Source: an uncultured Erythrobacter sp.
GTDB taxonomy: Bacteria; Pseudomonadota; Alphaproteobacteria; Sphingomonadales; Sphingomonadaceae
Assembly (NCBI RefSeq): GCF_947492365.1
Contig: NZ_CANLMB010000001.1
Span: 1,476,874-1,540,873 of the forward strand
Length of the DNA: 64,000 nt
Direction of reading: 5' to 3'
Shown: piece after piece, positions 41,181 through 50,412 of the stretch
Layout of the letters: the number at the start of each line of letters is the position of its first letter
Position numbering within the stretch: the stretch's first letter is position 1
Position numbers and translations under genes: made by a program
Notes under the pieces: generated by a model
What the model was told of the DNA's origin: nothing
The model's input: only the letters and a program-made list of their open reading frames with translations
Database searches by the model: none

Positions 41181-41602
41181 GCGCGTTCGATCACTTGGCG
41201 GAGAGCGTCAGCATCAAGACGCGAATGGAGAGTGTCGCCAATCCGCGCATTGGGACCAACGCTGCAAAGGCCAAGACAATAGACCGTGCCCAGACGCACC
41301 CGGCTGCCCGCAGCCTTCTCAGCATCCGCAATCAGCGCTTCTGCCCCGCGCGCCTTGCAGGCTTCTGCGCGGCAGATCTGCACTTCTGGGCGCGGATCGT
41401 GAGCAGGTTTGAAATCGTGATAGAAGCTGACAACGCCGTGAACCTCAGCACGGCTAAGGTTGAGCGCCTTCGCCACAGCCTTTTCTGCCGCTTCGTCGAT
41501 ACAGCCAAATTCAGCCTGCACGTCATGCAGGATTGGCAATAGCGGCCCTCGCCGCCCCAAATGCTGGGCACAGATTTCTTCGATGCGAGCTTCGGTGCTC
41601 AA
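41177..41602 (-). CDS. fdsG: NAD-linked formate dehydrogenase gamma subunit (NuoE-like 2Fe-2S)
   Basis: 141 aa. VVSFYHDF, ICRAEACKARG and VYCLGLCSVGPN, a thioredoxin-like 2Fe-2S pattern. Confidence 0.85.
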   Translation of the reverse strand: MSTEARIEEICAQHLGRRGPLLPILHDVQAEFGCIDEAAEKAVAKALNLSRAEVHGVVSFYHDFKPAHDPRPEVQICRAEACKARGAEALIADAEKAAGSRVRLGTVYCLGLCSVGPNARIGDTLHSRLDADALRQVIERA

Positions 41603-41728
41603 TGCAGGTCCAATCGGTTATCGCGCAAGGCGGCAAAACTTCAGTTTTGAGAAGTGACGCAATCCATTGCCGTTGACAATAAGCCCGCGTTGACGGGCTC
41701 AAACGAGGTTAATCCGATCAACACCAAG

Positions 41729-41745
41729 AATGCAGTTTTTGCATT
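41729..41745. promoter_or_regulatory. Inverted repeat AATGCA-N5-TGCATT upstream of fdsG, a candidate LysR-type operator
   Basis: Direct reading. A perfect 12-nt palindrome, CGTATTAATACG, follows at 41755-41766. The element lies between the LysR gene and fdsG. Confidence 0.3.
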
Positions 41746-41820
41746 GTATTTCAACGTATTAATACGCGTGCCGCATGGTGGCTGACTGGCATGATTAGCC
41801 AAAAACAATGTGCAGATTAC

Positions 41821-42813
41821 TCAGCCTGCTTTTGTGGTCTCGGACCATCTGACTTTCTGATCCAGCCATGGGTGCGCGGCGAATAGAGGGTCTAGTCCGA
41901 CATCCTGGATTGCTCCGCGGATCGACGTGGCCAGCTTCGCCGGCAAGTCGCCGAATTCGCCTTTGCGTGAAATCAGCGTGAAGTAACGGCGGAATTGCGC
42001 TTGGCGCATCGGCTCGACCCTTAACCGGTCGAACAAAGCCGGATGGCTCGCAAGGCAGAGCGGCGTGGTAATGCCCCAACCAAGCCCTTCGCTGATGGCG
42101 GTCAGTTGCTGCGCGGTGGAATCGACCTCGACCGAGTTTCGCAGATGGCTGCGCATGCGGGACAGCTGGCTCTCTATCCGCATGCCGATGGCGGATTGCA
42201 GCGAGTACCGGATAAACGGCAGTTCGGGAATATCGCCGATGTGGTCCGCAGCGCCCGCAAAGCTGGTTGGGAACGCAAGCACGAACTCCTCATCGAAGAT
42301 CGGGAGCCGGTCGAGATTCTCGCTTCCCCCCAGGTCCGAACCGGCAGTGACCAGAATATCAATCTTGCGATTGAGAAAATCCTCCTGCTGTGTCAGCGAG
42401 GTTCCCGAACGGATCAACCATTGCCCCGCATTGCCGCCCAACTCGCGCAGCAGAGGGACGGTGACGAGATTGGCCATGCTTTCGGCCATGGCGATGGTGA
42501 CACTGTTCATCGGCAAATTGCCGATACCCCTGATCTCAGCAGCCAGCCGCTTGGCCTCTGACACGAGGCGGGCACCGTCATTGAGAAGGAACCGGCCGCT
42601 GGCGGTTAGCGTCAATGGGCGGGTGGTCCGATCAAACAGGCGTGTGTCGAGCGCGCTCTCCAGCTTGGAAACGATCTGCGACACGGCCGATTGGGTCATC
42701 CCCAGATGTTCTGCGCTCTGAGTCATCCCGCCCAGTTCGGCGGTCAACATGAACACTTCAAGCGAGTGAATGTCGAAGCCAACTGGAAGTTTCAAATCCT
42801 GCTCTCCTGGCAA
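41821..42813 (-). CDS. LysR family transcriptional regulator
   Basis: HTH region LEVFMLTAELGGMTQSAEHLGMTQSAVSQIVSKLE, followed by a substrate-binding domain. Confidence 0.85.
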   Translation of the reverse strand: MPGEQDLKLPVGFDIHSLEVFMLTAELGGMTQSAEHLGMTQSAVSQIVSKLESALDTRLFDRTTRPLTLTASGRFLLNDGARLVSEAKRLAAEIRGIGNLPMNSVTIAMAESMANLVTVPLLRELGGNAGQWLIRSGTSLTQQEDFLNRKIDILVTAGSDLGGSENLDRLPIFDEEFVLAFPTSFAGAADHIGDIPELPFIRYSLQSAIGMRIESQLSRMRSHLRNSVEVDSTAQQLTAISEGLGWGITTPLCLASHPALFDRLRVEPMRQAQFRRYFTLISRKGEFGDLPAKLATSIRGAIQDVGLDPLFAAHPWLDQKVRWSETTKAG

Positions 42814-42835
42814 TCCGGCAACCTTATGCGCTTAA

Positions 42836-43345
42836 TCAGGAAAACTCCATCGCTGCATCTTGCAACCAATGATGAAACGAAACGCCAAAGCTTTTGTAAA
42901 CGAGCAGGTCGAAGCTCGATGCTTCTCGCCGCAGGGCAATCACGCCAATATCGTGAATTGAAGACTGGAATAGCGAGCCAACCGGAAAAGCGCTCTCGTC
43001 AAGGTCGATGGCTACGCCTTTCATCAAAAGCCGCGCTGCTTGCTTGCCGCTCAACCGGAATGCCTCGCGGCTGTGGTCTAGCTGCACCAGCGAGATAAGT
43101 CCGGCATCACAGCTCTGCGCGACTTTGAGGAAGATCTGGCTATTTTCGGCGAGCACCAGATAGCGCCCCGGACTGAGACAAGCCGCGATCTTCCCTTCGT
43201 CCTCGGTAAACCGGTTCGGCTGCCGCGGAACCGCGAGTCCGAGATCGGTCTCTAGCTGCACCGCAGCCTCAACCGCGCTCTCCCGCCACATGTTTGCTGC
43301 GAATGTACTTCGATAAGAAACTGGCTCAATCAAGATCTCAACCAT
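42836..43345 (-). CDS. soxG: Heterotetrameric sarcosine oxidase gamma subunit
   Basis: 169 aa, the last gene of the soxBDAG order. It overlaps the soxA stop by 8 nt. The call rests on synteny and size. Confidence 0.75.
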   Translation of the reverse strand: MVEILIEPVSYRSTFAANMWRESAVEAAVQLETDLGLAVPRQPNRFTEDEGKIAACLSPGRYLVLAENSQIFLKVAQSCDAGLISLVQLDHSREAFRLSGKQAARLLMKGVAIDLDESAFPVGSLFQSSIHDIGVIALRREASSFDLLVYKSFGVSFHHWLQDAAMEFS

Positions 43346-46304
43346 GAGCCCGCTCTCCTTGAGGATCGAAGAAAATCGGATCGACCAGTCTCACTGCGTT
43401 GGCTTCGTCCCGCATCGGGAAAAGGGCACACATTTCACCACCGATCCGCGCTCTGCCACCGGAGATGAGCGCGAGCGCGATGAACTCATCGAGCGCAGGG
43501 CTGAATGTGGTCGAGGTGACATGGCCCAGTGGGAGTTTCGGTTGCACCGGGTCGACTAGCTGCGCACCCGCCAACAGAGGTTTTCGATCGGTTGAAATCA
43601 GACCGACCAATTGCAGCCGATCGTCCTCCAGCAATCCTTCGCGGTCTAGCAGGACTGATCCGACATAGGCTTTGTTGCGCGAGGCCATCTTGCCTAGACC
43701 AATGTCGTCTAGCGTGGTGCGCCCGTCGAGTTCGGGCCCGCTGATGTGCCCCTTCTCGATGCGGAGTGTGCCAAGTGCCTCGGTGCCGTAGGGCGTGATC
43801 GAAAACTCTTCGCCCGCCGCCATGATCGCTTCCCAGACGCGAGTTCCATCACGGCTGCCGCAATAGACTTCATAGGCAAGCTCACCCGAGAAGGAGAGGC
43901 GCGCGACCATTACGTTACTGTCGCCGATCTTGCCCTCACCTACGGCCATCGACGGGAAAGCATCGTTCTCGATATCAAGATCGGTCAAGACCTTTTGCAG
44001 CGTGCGACGCGAATTGGGTCCCGCGACGGCCATGGCCGCCCATTGATCGCTTACCGAGGTGACGTGGACCTTCAATTCAGGCCACTCCACCGCCAGCAGT
44101 CGCTCCATTTCGACCAGCACACCTGCGGCGCGCGCTGTGGTGGTGGTGGTTAGGAAATGGTTTTCCGCCAACCGCCAGGTGGTCCCATCATCGTAGAGGA
44201 TTCCGTCTTCGCGCAGCATCGCGCCGTAGCGCGCCTTACCCACCGGCACTTTGAGAAAGGGATTAGCATAGAGCCGATTGAGGAATTCAGCCGCATCGGG
44301 GCCTTGCACGTCAATTTTCCCGAGCGTCGTTACATCAACGATCCCGACACTTTCGCGCACCGCGCGCGCTTCACGCACATAGGCATCGAACAGGGTTTCG
44401 TCGGCATGGGTCCGATAGACGCGTGGTCGCACCCAAGTGCCCGCATCGATCATTTCCGCCCCGTGCGCGACATGCCAGTCGTGCATGGGAGTGCGCCTGA
44501 GAGGCTTGAAATCTTGACCCACTTCGCGCCCGGCCAACGCACCCAACGCGACAGGTGTATATGGCGGGCGAAAACGCGTTGTACCCACCTGCTCGGGAGC
44601 AAGTCCCTGCAGTCCGGCCATCAACGCGATTGCATTGACGTTGGAGGTCTTACCCTGATCCGCCGCCATGCCGAGCGTGGTGTAGCGCTTGACATGCTCG
44701 ATCGAGCGAAAGCCTTCGCGGTGAGCGAGTTCGATATCCTTGGCCGTCACGTCGTGTTGCAAGTCGACAAAGCTTTTGCCGGGAGTCGTTATGCAGGCCG
44801 GAGCGCCGAGATTGGCCTGCGCGATGCCTCCTGCGACACGCGGAGCTTTGCCTTGGTCCGATCCACCTGCCGCGCTTCCGGCCGCGTGACCAGATGCTAT
44901 CGCCGCAGCGAGGTCCATGGCTCCGTTTGCCGCGCCCGCAGCGATCCAGTCCTGCAGCGGCTCGCCCGGGAGGAAGCCGTCGATCGTTGCGTCATAAACG
45001 GGGGGCGCGCCTGCCTGACTGCACAGATTGACCATCGGAGTAAAACCGCCCGAAACAAGCAAGGCGTCGCAATCAAGGCGTTGGGACTGACCTTCTTGAA
45101 CAGCACCTTGAGCAAAGGGAGCGATTTCGACCGATTTCAACGCCTGAAACCCGCGCGCACGGTAAATTGCGTGCCCGGCGATAACGCGAATGCCGAGCTG
45201 CTCTATGCTCTCCGCCAGCGCTGCAGGTGGATCGGACCTCATATCGACCAGCGCGGTTACATTGACGCCTAGCCCAGTGAGCGCCCGCGCGGCGTCGTAG
45301 ATGCTGTCATTATTGCCGGTGATGACAATTTTGCGTCCGACCGCAACGCCGTATCGATGGGCGTATTTAAGGCCTGCCTGAGCAAGCATCACGCCTGGTT
45401 TGTCGTTACCAGCAAACACCAGAGGTCGTTCGACACTGCCAGTCGCTATGACCACCTTGCCAGCGTAGATCTTCAAGTGGCGCAGGCGTGGTTGCCCGGC
45501 TGCGGGCGCGTCCAGATGATCTGCCACACGCTCGACGCCGCCCAGCACATTGCCGTCGAAATAGCCGTAAACCGTAGTGCGCGGCATGACAGTAAGATTG
45601 CTGCGCCCGTCCAAAGCCGATGAGGCCCATTCAAGCGGGGCCAGCCCGTCAATAGTCCCTTCATCTTCGGGCAAGGAACCGCCGACTGCCGCATTCTCGT
45701 CCACCAGCAGGACCTTGCTTCCAGACGATGCCGCGGCACGCGCCGCTGCGATCCCTGCGGCGCCGCCTCCGATAACAAGCACATCGGCGAACAGGTTTGC
45801 CCGCTCGTAGCGGTCAGGATCGACCTCCGATCCCGCAGCGCCCATTCCTGCCGCGCGCCGGATAAAACGCTCGCAGAAGTGCCAGAAACGCTGACCGGTG
45901 CCCATAAAGGTCTTGTAGTAAAAGCCCGCAACGAACAGCGGCGATGCCAACTGGTTTACCGCCATCAGGTCAAAGCGCGGGGAAGGCCAGGCATTCTGGC
46001 TCCGCGCTTCCAATCCTACATAGAGTTCGGTTACGGGCGCTTTTGCGTTGGGCTCGGTCCGGCCGCCGCTGCCCAATGTGACCAGCGCATTGGGCTCTTC
46101 ATGCCCCGCGCTGAATACGCCCCGCGGACGGTGATACTTGAAGGATCGGGCGACGACAGTTCGGCCATTTGCAAGGAGTGCCGATGCGAGCGTATCACCG
46201 GCGAGCCCCTGAAGCTCCTTGTTGTCAAAGGAGAACCGCAAGGGCGCGTCGCGGTCGATTCCGGTCCCGCCGGAAGGAAGTCGATAGCCGGCCATCAGCT
46301 CCAC
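43338..46304 (-). CDS. soxA: Heterotetrameric sarcosine oxidase alpha subunit
   Basis: 988 aa. It has a dinucleotide fold (DVLVIGGGAAGIAAA) and a C-terminal GcvT/aminomethyltransferase-like folate domain. Confidence 0.9.
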   Translation of the reverse strand: MELMAGYRLPSGGTGIDRDAPLRFSFDNKELQGLAGDTLASALLANGRTVVARSFKYHRPRGVFSAGHEEPNALVTLGSGGRTEPNAKAPVTELYVGLEARSQNAWPSPRFDLMAVNQLASPLFVAGFYYKTFMGTGQRFWHFCERFIRRAAGMGAAGSEVDPDRYERANLFADVLVIGGGAAGIAAARAAASSGSKVLLVDENAAVGGSLPEDEGTIDGLAPLEWASSALDGRSNLTVMPRTTVYGYFDGNVLGGVERVADHLDAPAAGQPRLRHLKIYAGKVVIATGSVERPLVFAGNDKPGVMLAQAGLKYAHRYGVAVGRKIVITGNNDSIYDAARALTGLGVNVTALVDMRSDPPAALAESIEQLGIRVIAGHAIYRARGFQALKSVEIAPFAQGAVQEGQSQRLDCDALLVSGGFTPMVNLCSQAGAPPVYDATIDGFLPGEPLQDWIAAGAANGAMDLAAAIASGHAAGSAAGGSDQGKAPRVAGGIAQANLGAPACITTPGKSFVDLQHDVTAKDIELAHREGFRSIEHVKRYTTLGMAADQGKTSNVNAIALMAGLQGLAPEQVGTTRFRPPYTPVALGALAGREVGQDFKPLRRTPMHDWHVAHGAEMIDAGTWVRPRVYRTHADETLFDAYVREARAVRESVGIVDVTTLGKIDVQGPDAAEFLNRLYANPFLKVPVGKARYGAMLREDGILYDDGTTWRLAENHFLTTTTTARAAGVLVEMERLLAVEWPELKVHVTSVSDQWAAMAVAGPNSRRTLQKVLTDLDIENDAFPSMAVGEGKIGDSNVMVARLSFSGELAYEVYCGSRDGTRVWEAIMAAGEEFSITPYGTEALGTLRIEKGHISGPELDGRTTLDDIGLGKMASRNKAYVGSVLLDREGLLEDDRLQLVGLISTDRKPLLAGAQLVDPVQPKLPLGHVTSTTFSPALDEFIALALISGGRARIGGEMCALFPMRDEANAVRLVDPIFFDPQGERAHG

Positions 46305-46555
46305 TCCCCTTCGAGAGCGACCGACTGTATCTGGTGCGAGAGCGTGTCGCGCTCAACCCGCAGGATCGCGCGGCAACCGGCATTGTGCTGCCAATATTCG
46401 AAATGCGCACCGCGAGGATTGGAGCGCTGGAACACAAACTCATTCCAATGCGCCATATCAGTTTCGCCGTGTTCCGGCCGCTTGACGCTGGCATCGCCGA
46501 GATAGCCGAATTCGCCGTGATCGCGCAGGCCGCAATGAGGACATTCGATCCGCAT
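46295..46555 (-). CDS. soxD: Heterotetrameric sarcosine oxidase delta subunit
   Basis: 86 aa starting MRIECPHCGLRDHGEFGYLGDA, with a zinc-ribbon-like Cys/His pattern. Confidence 0.85.
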   Translation of the reverse strand: MRIECPHCGLRDHGEFGYLGDASVKRPEHGETDMAHWNEFVFQRSNPRGAHFEYWQHNAGCRAILRVERDTLSHQIQSVALEGEWS

Positions 46556-47814
46556 CAGTGGAGCCTCGGATGCGGGCCCATGCCCTTTTCGTCCAGCGCT
46601 CTTCCGGCCGCAAAACGATCGAGTGCGAACGCCTGATTGAGTTCATGCGGGCGATCCTGCGCGATGGTGTGAGCAAAGCACCAGCCAGCAGCCGGGGTCG
46701 CCTTAAAGCCTCCGTAACACCAGCCAGCATTGAGATACATTCCGGGCAGCGGGCCGACATCAATGATCGGACTGCCATCCATCGACATGTCCATGATCCC
46801 GCCCCAATTGCGCAGCAACCGCAGGCGCGAGAGGTTGGGCAAGAGCGTCACCGCAGCAGCAGCGACATGCTCGAATACCGGCAGATTTCCACGGCTGGCA
46901 TAGCTGTTATAGCCATCGATATCGCCGCCAAAGACCAACCCGCCCTTGTCCGATTGCGAGATATAGAGATGGCCTGCACCGAAAGTGACAACGGTGTCGA
47001 TTAGCGGCTTAAGCGGCTCGGAAACGAAGGCCTGGAGGACATGCGATTCAATCGGGAGACGCTCGATCCCTGCCCGCCGCATCACTTCCGATGTGCTACC
47101 CGCAACCGAAACCCCGACTTTTGGAGCGCGGATTTCACCTTGGTTGGTTTCGACCCCGACGACGCGATCACCTTGGCGGATAAACCCGGTCACTTCGCAA
47201 TTCTGGATTATGTCGACCCCCAGCGCATCGGCTGCACGGGCATAGCCCCACGCAACCGCATCGTGCCGGGCGGTGCCGCCACGCGGCTGGCACAACCCGC
47301 CTAGGATCGGAAAGCGGGTATTCGTGCTGATGTCGATCGAGGGGATGCGGCGCTTGATCTGCTGCGGCGTTAGCAGCTCCGCGTCGATCCCCTCCATCCG
47401 CATCGCATTGCCGCGCCTCGCAAAGGCATCAATCTGCGCCGGGCTATGCGCGAGGTTGATCACTCCGCGCTGCGAAAACATCACATTGTAATTGAGATCG
47501 AGCGACAGCCCTTCCCACAGTTTCATCGCATGCTCGTAAAACCGGCTGTTACCGGGCAGCAGGTAGTTCGAACGGATAATCGTAGTGTTGCGGCCAACAT
47601 TCCCACCGCCGAGCCAGCCCTTCTCCAGCACGGCGACATTGCTGATGCCGTGAAGCTTGGCGAGGTAGTAGGCGGCGGCAAGACCATGCCCTCCGCCGCC
47701 GACGATGATTACGTCATACGAAGACTTTGGCTGCGGCGCACGCCATGCCCGCTCCCAATTGCGGTGCCCTGTGGCTGCATTCTTGAGCAGGGAGAGGATA
47801 GAGTAGTGCTGCAT
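46555..47814 (-). CDS. soxB: Heterotetrameric sarcosine oxidase beta subunit
   Basis: FAD fold YDVIIVGGGGHGLAAAYYLA. 419 aa. TGATG overlap with soxD. Confidence 0.9.
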   Translation of the reverse strand: MQHYSILSLLKNAATGHRNWERAWRAPQPKSSYDVIIVGGGGHGLAAAYYLAKLHGISNVAVLEKGWLGGGNVGRNTTIIRSNYLLPGNSRFYEHAMKLWEGLSLDLNYNVMFSQRGVINLAHSPAQIDAFARRGNAMRMEGIDAELLTPQQIKRRIPSIDISTNTRFPILGGLCQPRGGTARHDAVAWGYARAADALGVDIIQNCEVTGFIRQGDRVVGVETNQGEIRAPKVGVSVAGSTSEVMRRAGIERLPIESHVLQAFVSEPLKPLIDTVVTFGAGHLYISQSDKGGLVFGGDIDGYNSYASRGNLPVFEHVAAAAVTLLPNLSRLRLLRNWGGIMDMSMDGSPIIDVGPLPGMYLNAGWCYGGFKATPAAGWCFAHTIAQDRPHELNQAFALDRFAAGRALDEKGMGPHPRLH

Positions 47815-47911
47815 CGGTCTGTGAGACTACGCAGAGCGCGGGCGATAAGATAGCTGATGAGGTCTTCTAACCCGCTTCATTAGCGCGCCTAATCCGGCCC
47901 GCAGAAAAGCG

Positions 47912-48682
47912 CTATTCGCCCGCCCCACGCCGCGATTCTTCAGTCGCTTCGACGAGCACACGATCAGCAATAGCGGCGAGCGCGGAAAGGTCGCCAACCG
48001 GGATGCCACTATCGAGACTCCGTTTGTAGTTCGCTGCCAATTGGTCAGAAGCAATCGTTGGCTCAGGCCAATGGGGATCGAATGCATGCATTGCGCTGCG
48101 CAAAGCTGGTTCGCTGGAAGCGCAAATGAGGCTCATCGAAACTGCGTCGGCGCATCCAGACGAACCGCTACATCCGCTCAACGCAGGGAGGCGTGACGCG
48201 GCGGTTATATGCGCGCTCCAGCTTGTGCCATCTTGCGGATTCCGGACCCGGGCGGCGGCAAAGCAACCCGCCAGCGCCATGCGGTGAAGCTGCGGGAGAA
48301 CTGCCTGCCCTTCGCGCAGATCGGCAATCTCGATCCGGCAGCTCCCCTGTTCGGCGCTTTGCACGATCAGCATATCCGTCAACAGATCGCCGAAGCACAG
48401 GAGGCTCCCACCGCCAGCATCCAGATCGATCGCCCCACCACCTACCGAAAATGCGCCTGGTAGATGGCTTTCGACATTCTGCTCCTCAAGATCGAGCCGT
48501 GTCAGACAAGCACGCAGCATATCGAGCCCGCCTAGCCCATGGCATTCGAGCCAGACAATTTGCTCGGCAACGGCTTCATAATCGCATCTTTTGCCTAGCA
48601 GGGCTTCGAAAACACGGCGCAAGAATGCAAGCAACTCATTGCGTGACAAGGCTGGACCTCTGCTCACATCCGCTTCCGGCAT
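47912..48682 (-). CDS. Hypothetical protein of unknown function (possibly the DUF3726-like family seen beside betaine-catabolic genes)
   Basis: The ATG at 48682 overlaps the upstream stop (TGATG). I see no recognisable catalytic motif. The family suggestion is from memory of Pseudomonas dgc-locus neighbours and is not verified. Confidence 0.5.
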   Translation of the reverse strand: MPEADVSRGPALSRNELLAFLRRVFEALLGKRCDYEAVAEQIVWLECHGLGGLDMLRACLTRLDLEEQNVESHLPGAFSVGGGAIDLDAGGGSLLCFGDLLTDMLIVQSAEQGSCRIEIADLREGQAVLPQLHRMALAGCFAAARVRNPQDGTSWSAHITAASRLPALSGCSGSSGCADAVSMSLICASSEPALRSAMHAFDPHWPEPTIASDQLAANYKRSLDSGIPVGDLSALAAIADRVLVEATEESRRGAGE

Positions 48683-50391
48683 CAGGCGAACTGCGGTTTC
48701 ACCGGGAAGTACCATTCATCGCAATCCGAAGCACTCAGTTCTGCAGGCAATGGTGCCCCCTGAAACATCGTGTTGCGCACCCACAACCGTGAACGCGGAT
48801 CGAACTTCCCGACGCCGAAAAATGACAATTTGCAGCGAAGCAGATGTATCGGGAGCACGTCTGCATCGAGCAGGTTCGCACGGATTTCCCCGTAATGCGT
48901 TTGCGCCATAGTTTGGATACGCCGCAGAATTCGCCGGTGCTGCGGGTGAGCCATAGCGAAACCAGCCACGGTCTCATGGTCTTCGGGCAAGACGCACTTG
49001 ACCAAATCCTGATGACATTGCTGCACGGCGTAGGCGATGCCGAGCAGCATCTCACGGTCCTCTCCCGGTTCTTGCCCACGCAATCCGAGCCGCGGTTCCA
49101 TCTTTTCTTCGGATCGGTACCAGAAGGTCGCGCGCGCCTTTTCCTGCGTGAAATCATAGGCCAGTGCCCAGTCGTAGCGATTCTCGATCACGCGGCGCAA
49201 TTCAGCGAGCGGCATTTCGGGAATGAGGCGATATTCCTCTTCCTCGCATAGCAGATCTTCCAGTTCGTCGATCAATTCGGGTTGCACTTCCATCATGATC
49301 GAGCAGGCAAGTTCGCGAGCTTCGGTACCGACCGTATCCTGTGCAAGGTCCATGATCTCCTGCCACGAACCCGGCGGCGTGCCGTCATCGATCTGCGAGA
49401 GCAGAGACGTCAATTCTTGCCGCGTGCGATCATTGATAGCATTCTGCTCGAGATTGTCGGTCGCAATCTCCCTAAGATGCTGGATTGCTTGTCTGGCGAT
49501 GGCGCGGAAACGATCGAACCGATGCTGGTCGAATACGCCGTCGCGGAGGACCAGAGCGAGCGCCGTTTCGCGCGCTTCGACCCAGCGGCTTATCAGCAGG
49601 GGATGGTTTATAAGGTACGGCGCCATGCCCAGGCCCGTTGCATTACCAATGCCGATGTAGCGCTTAAGCGCGGGATCGAGCGAGGCGTGGTTGCCACCGG
49701 TCCGATGGTGCGCAATATGTTCGACTTGGTCGAGGCTGAACTGCCGGATCATGTAGCAAACCAGCATTTCTGCCATGAAAGGTCGGCAGAAATCAGCGTA
49801 TTCGGATCGGACCCTTCGCCAGTCGGCTAGGCCGAACTTGCCGCTGCCGTAAACCGCCGTGGTGCGATAGAGATATCCAACCTTTGCCAGAAAATCGACT
49901 GAAGGCTGGTTGCCCTCGCATAGGCAATCGACAACATAATCGAAATTGCGCACGCTCTTGTTGGCGCGCGACAGCACCAGACAAGTTGAATCAATTCGGC
50001 CGTTTTCCTGCAAAGGCACATTGGCGCGCAGCCGTTCCAGCCGCTCGGCATCGACTTTGCCTTCGCACAACGTCACGGTCATGTCCCAGTCTTCTGCAAT
50101 CACCCGGTCGCTGCGATTTTCCGGCTCGAGATGCTTGGCAAAAGCGACGAAGCTGAACAGTTTGTTTGGGGTGCAAATCTCGTAGACGACATGCCCGTGG
50201 CCACGCTCATCCAACGTATGATCAGAGCGTGCAATCTTCCATTTCTCACGGCTGATCTTACGAACAAGCGAGCGCATGAAGCTGAGCCTATAGGGATGCA
50301 GCTTGCCCAACCGCTCGAGATCCATAACAACATTCGCAGGCCGCAGGTCCAAGTCGTTGTCGGACTCAATGATACGGCGATTGTCGAGCAT
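48682..50391 (-). CDS. Conserved-looking hypothetical protein, 569 aa, unknown function
   Basis: Long clean ORF with coding-like composition. It is tightly packed between the M19 dipeptidase gene (21-nt gap) and the next gene (1-nt overlap). I recognise no family. Confidence 0.6.
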   Translation of the reverse strand: MLDNRRIIESDNDLDLRPANVVMDLERLGKLHPYRLSFMRSLVRKISREKWKIARSDHTLDERGHGHVVYEICTPNKLFSFVAFAKHLEPENRSDRVIAEDWDMTVTLCEGKVDAERLERLRANVPLQENGRIDSTCLVLSRANKSVRNFDYVVDCLCEGNQPSVDFLAKVGYLYRTTAVYGSGKFGLADWRRVRSEYADFCRPFMAEMLVCYMIRQFSLDQVEHIAHHRTGGNHASLDPALKRYIGIGNATGLGMAPYLINHPLLISRWVEARETALALVLRDGVFDQHRFDRFRAIARQAIQHLREIATDNLEQNAINDRTRQELTSLLSQIDDGTPPGSWQEIMDLAQDTVGTEARELACSIMMEVQPELIDELEDLLCEEEEYRLIPEMPLAELRRVIENRYDWALAYDFTQEKARATFWYRSEEKMEPRLGLRGQEPGEDREMLLGIAYAVQQCHQDLVKCVLPEDHETVAGFAMAHPQHRRILRRIQTMAQTHYGEIRANLLDADVLPIHLLRCKLSFFGVGKFDPRSRLWVRNTMFQGAPLPAELSASDCDEWYFPVKPQFA

Positions 50392-50412
50392 CAGATCATA
50401 TCCGGTCGCGGC

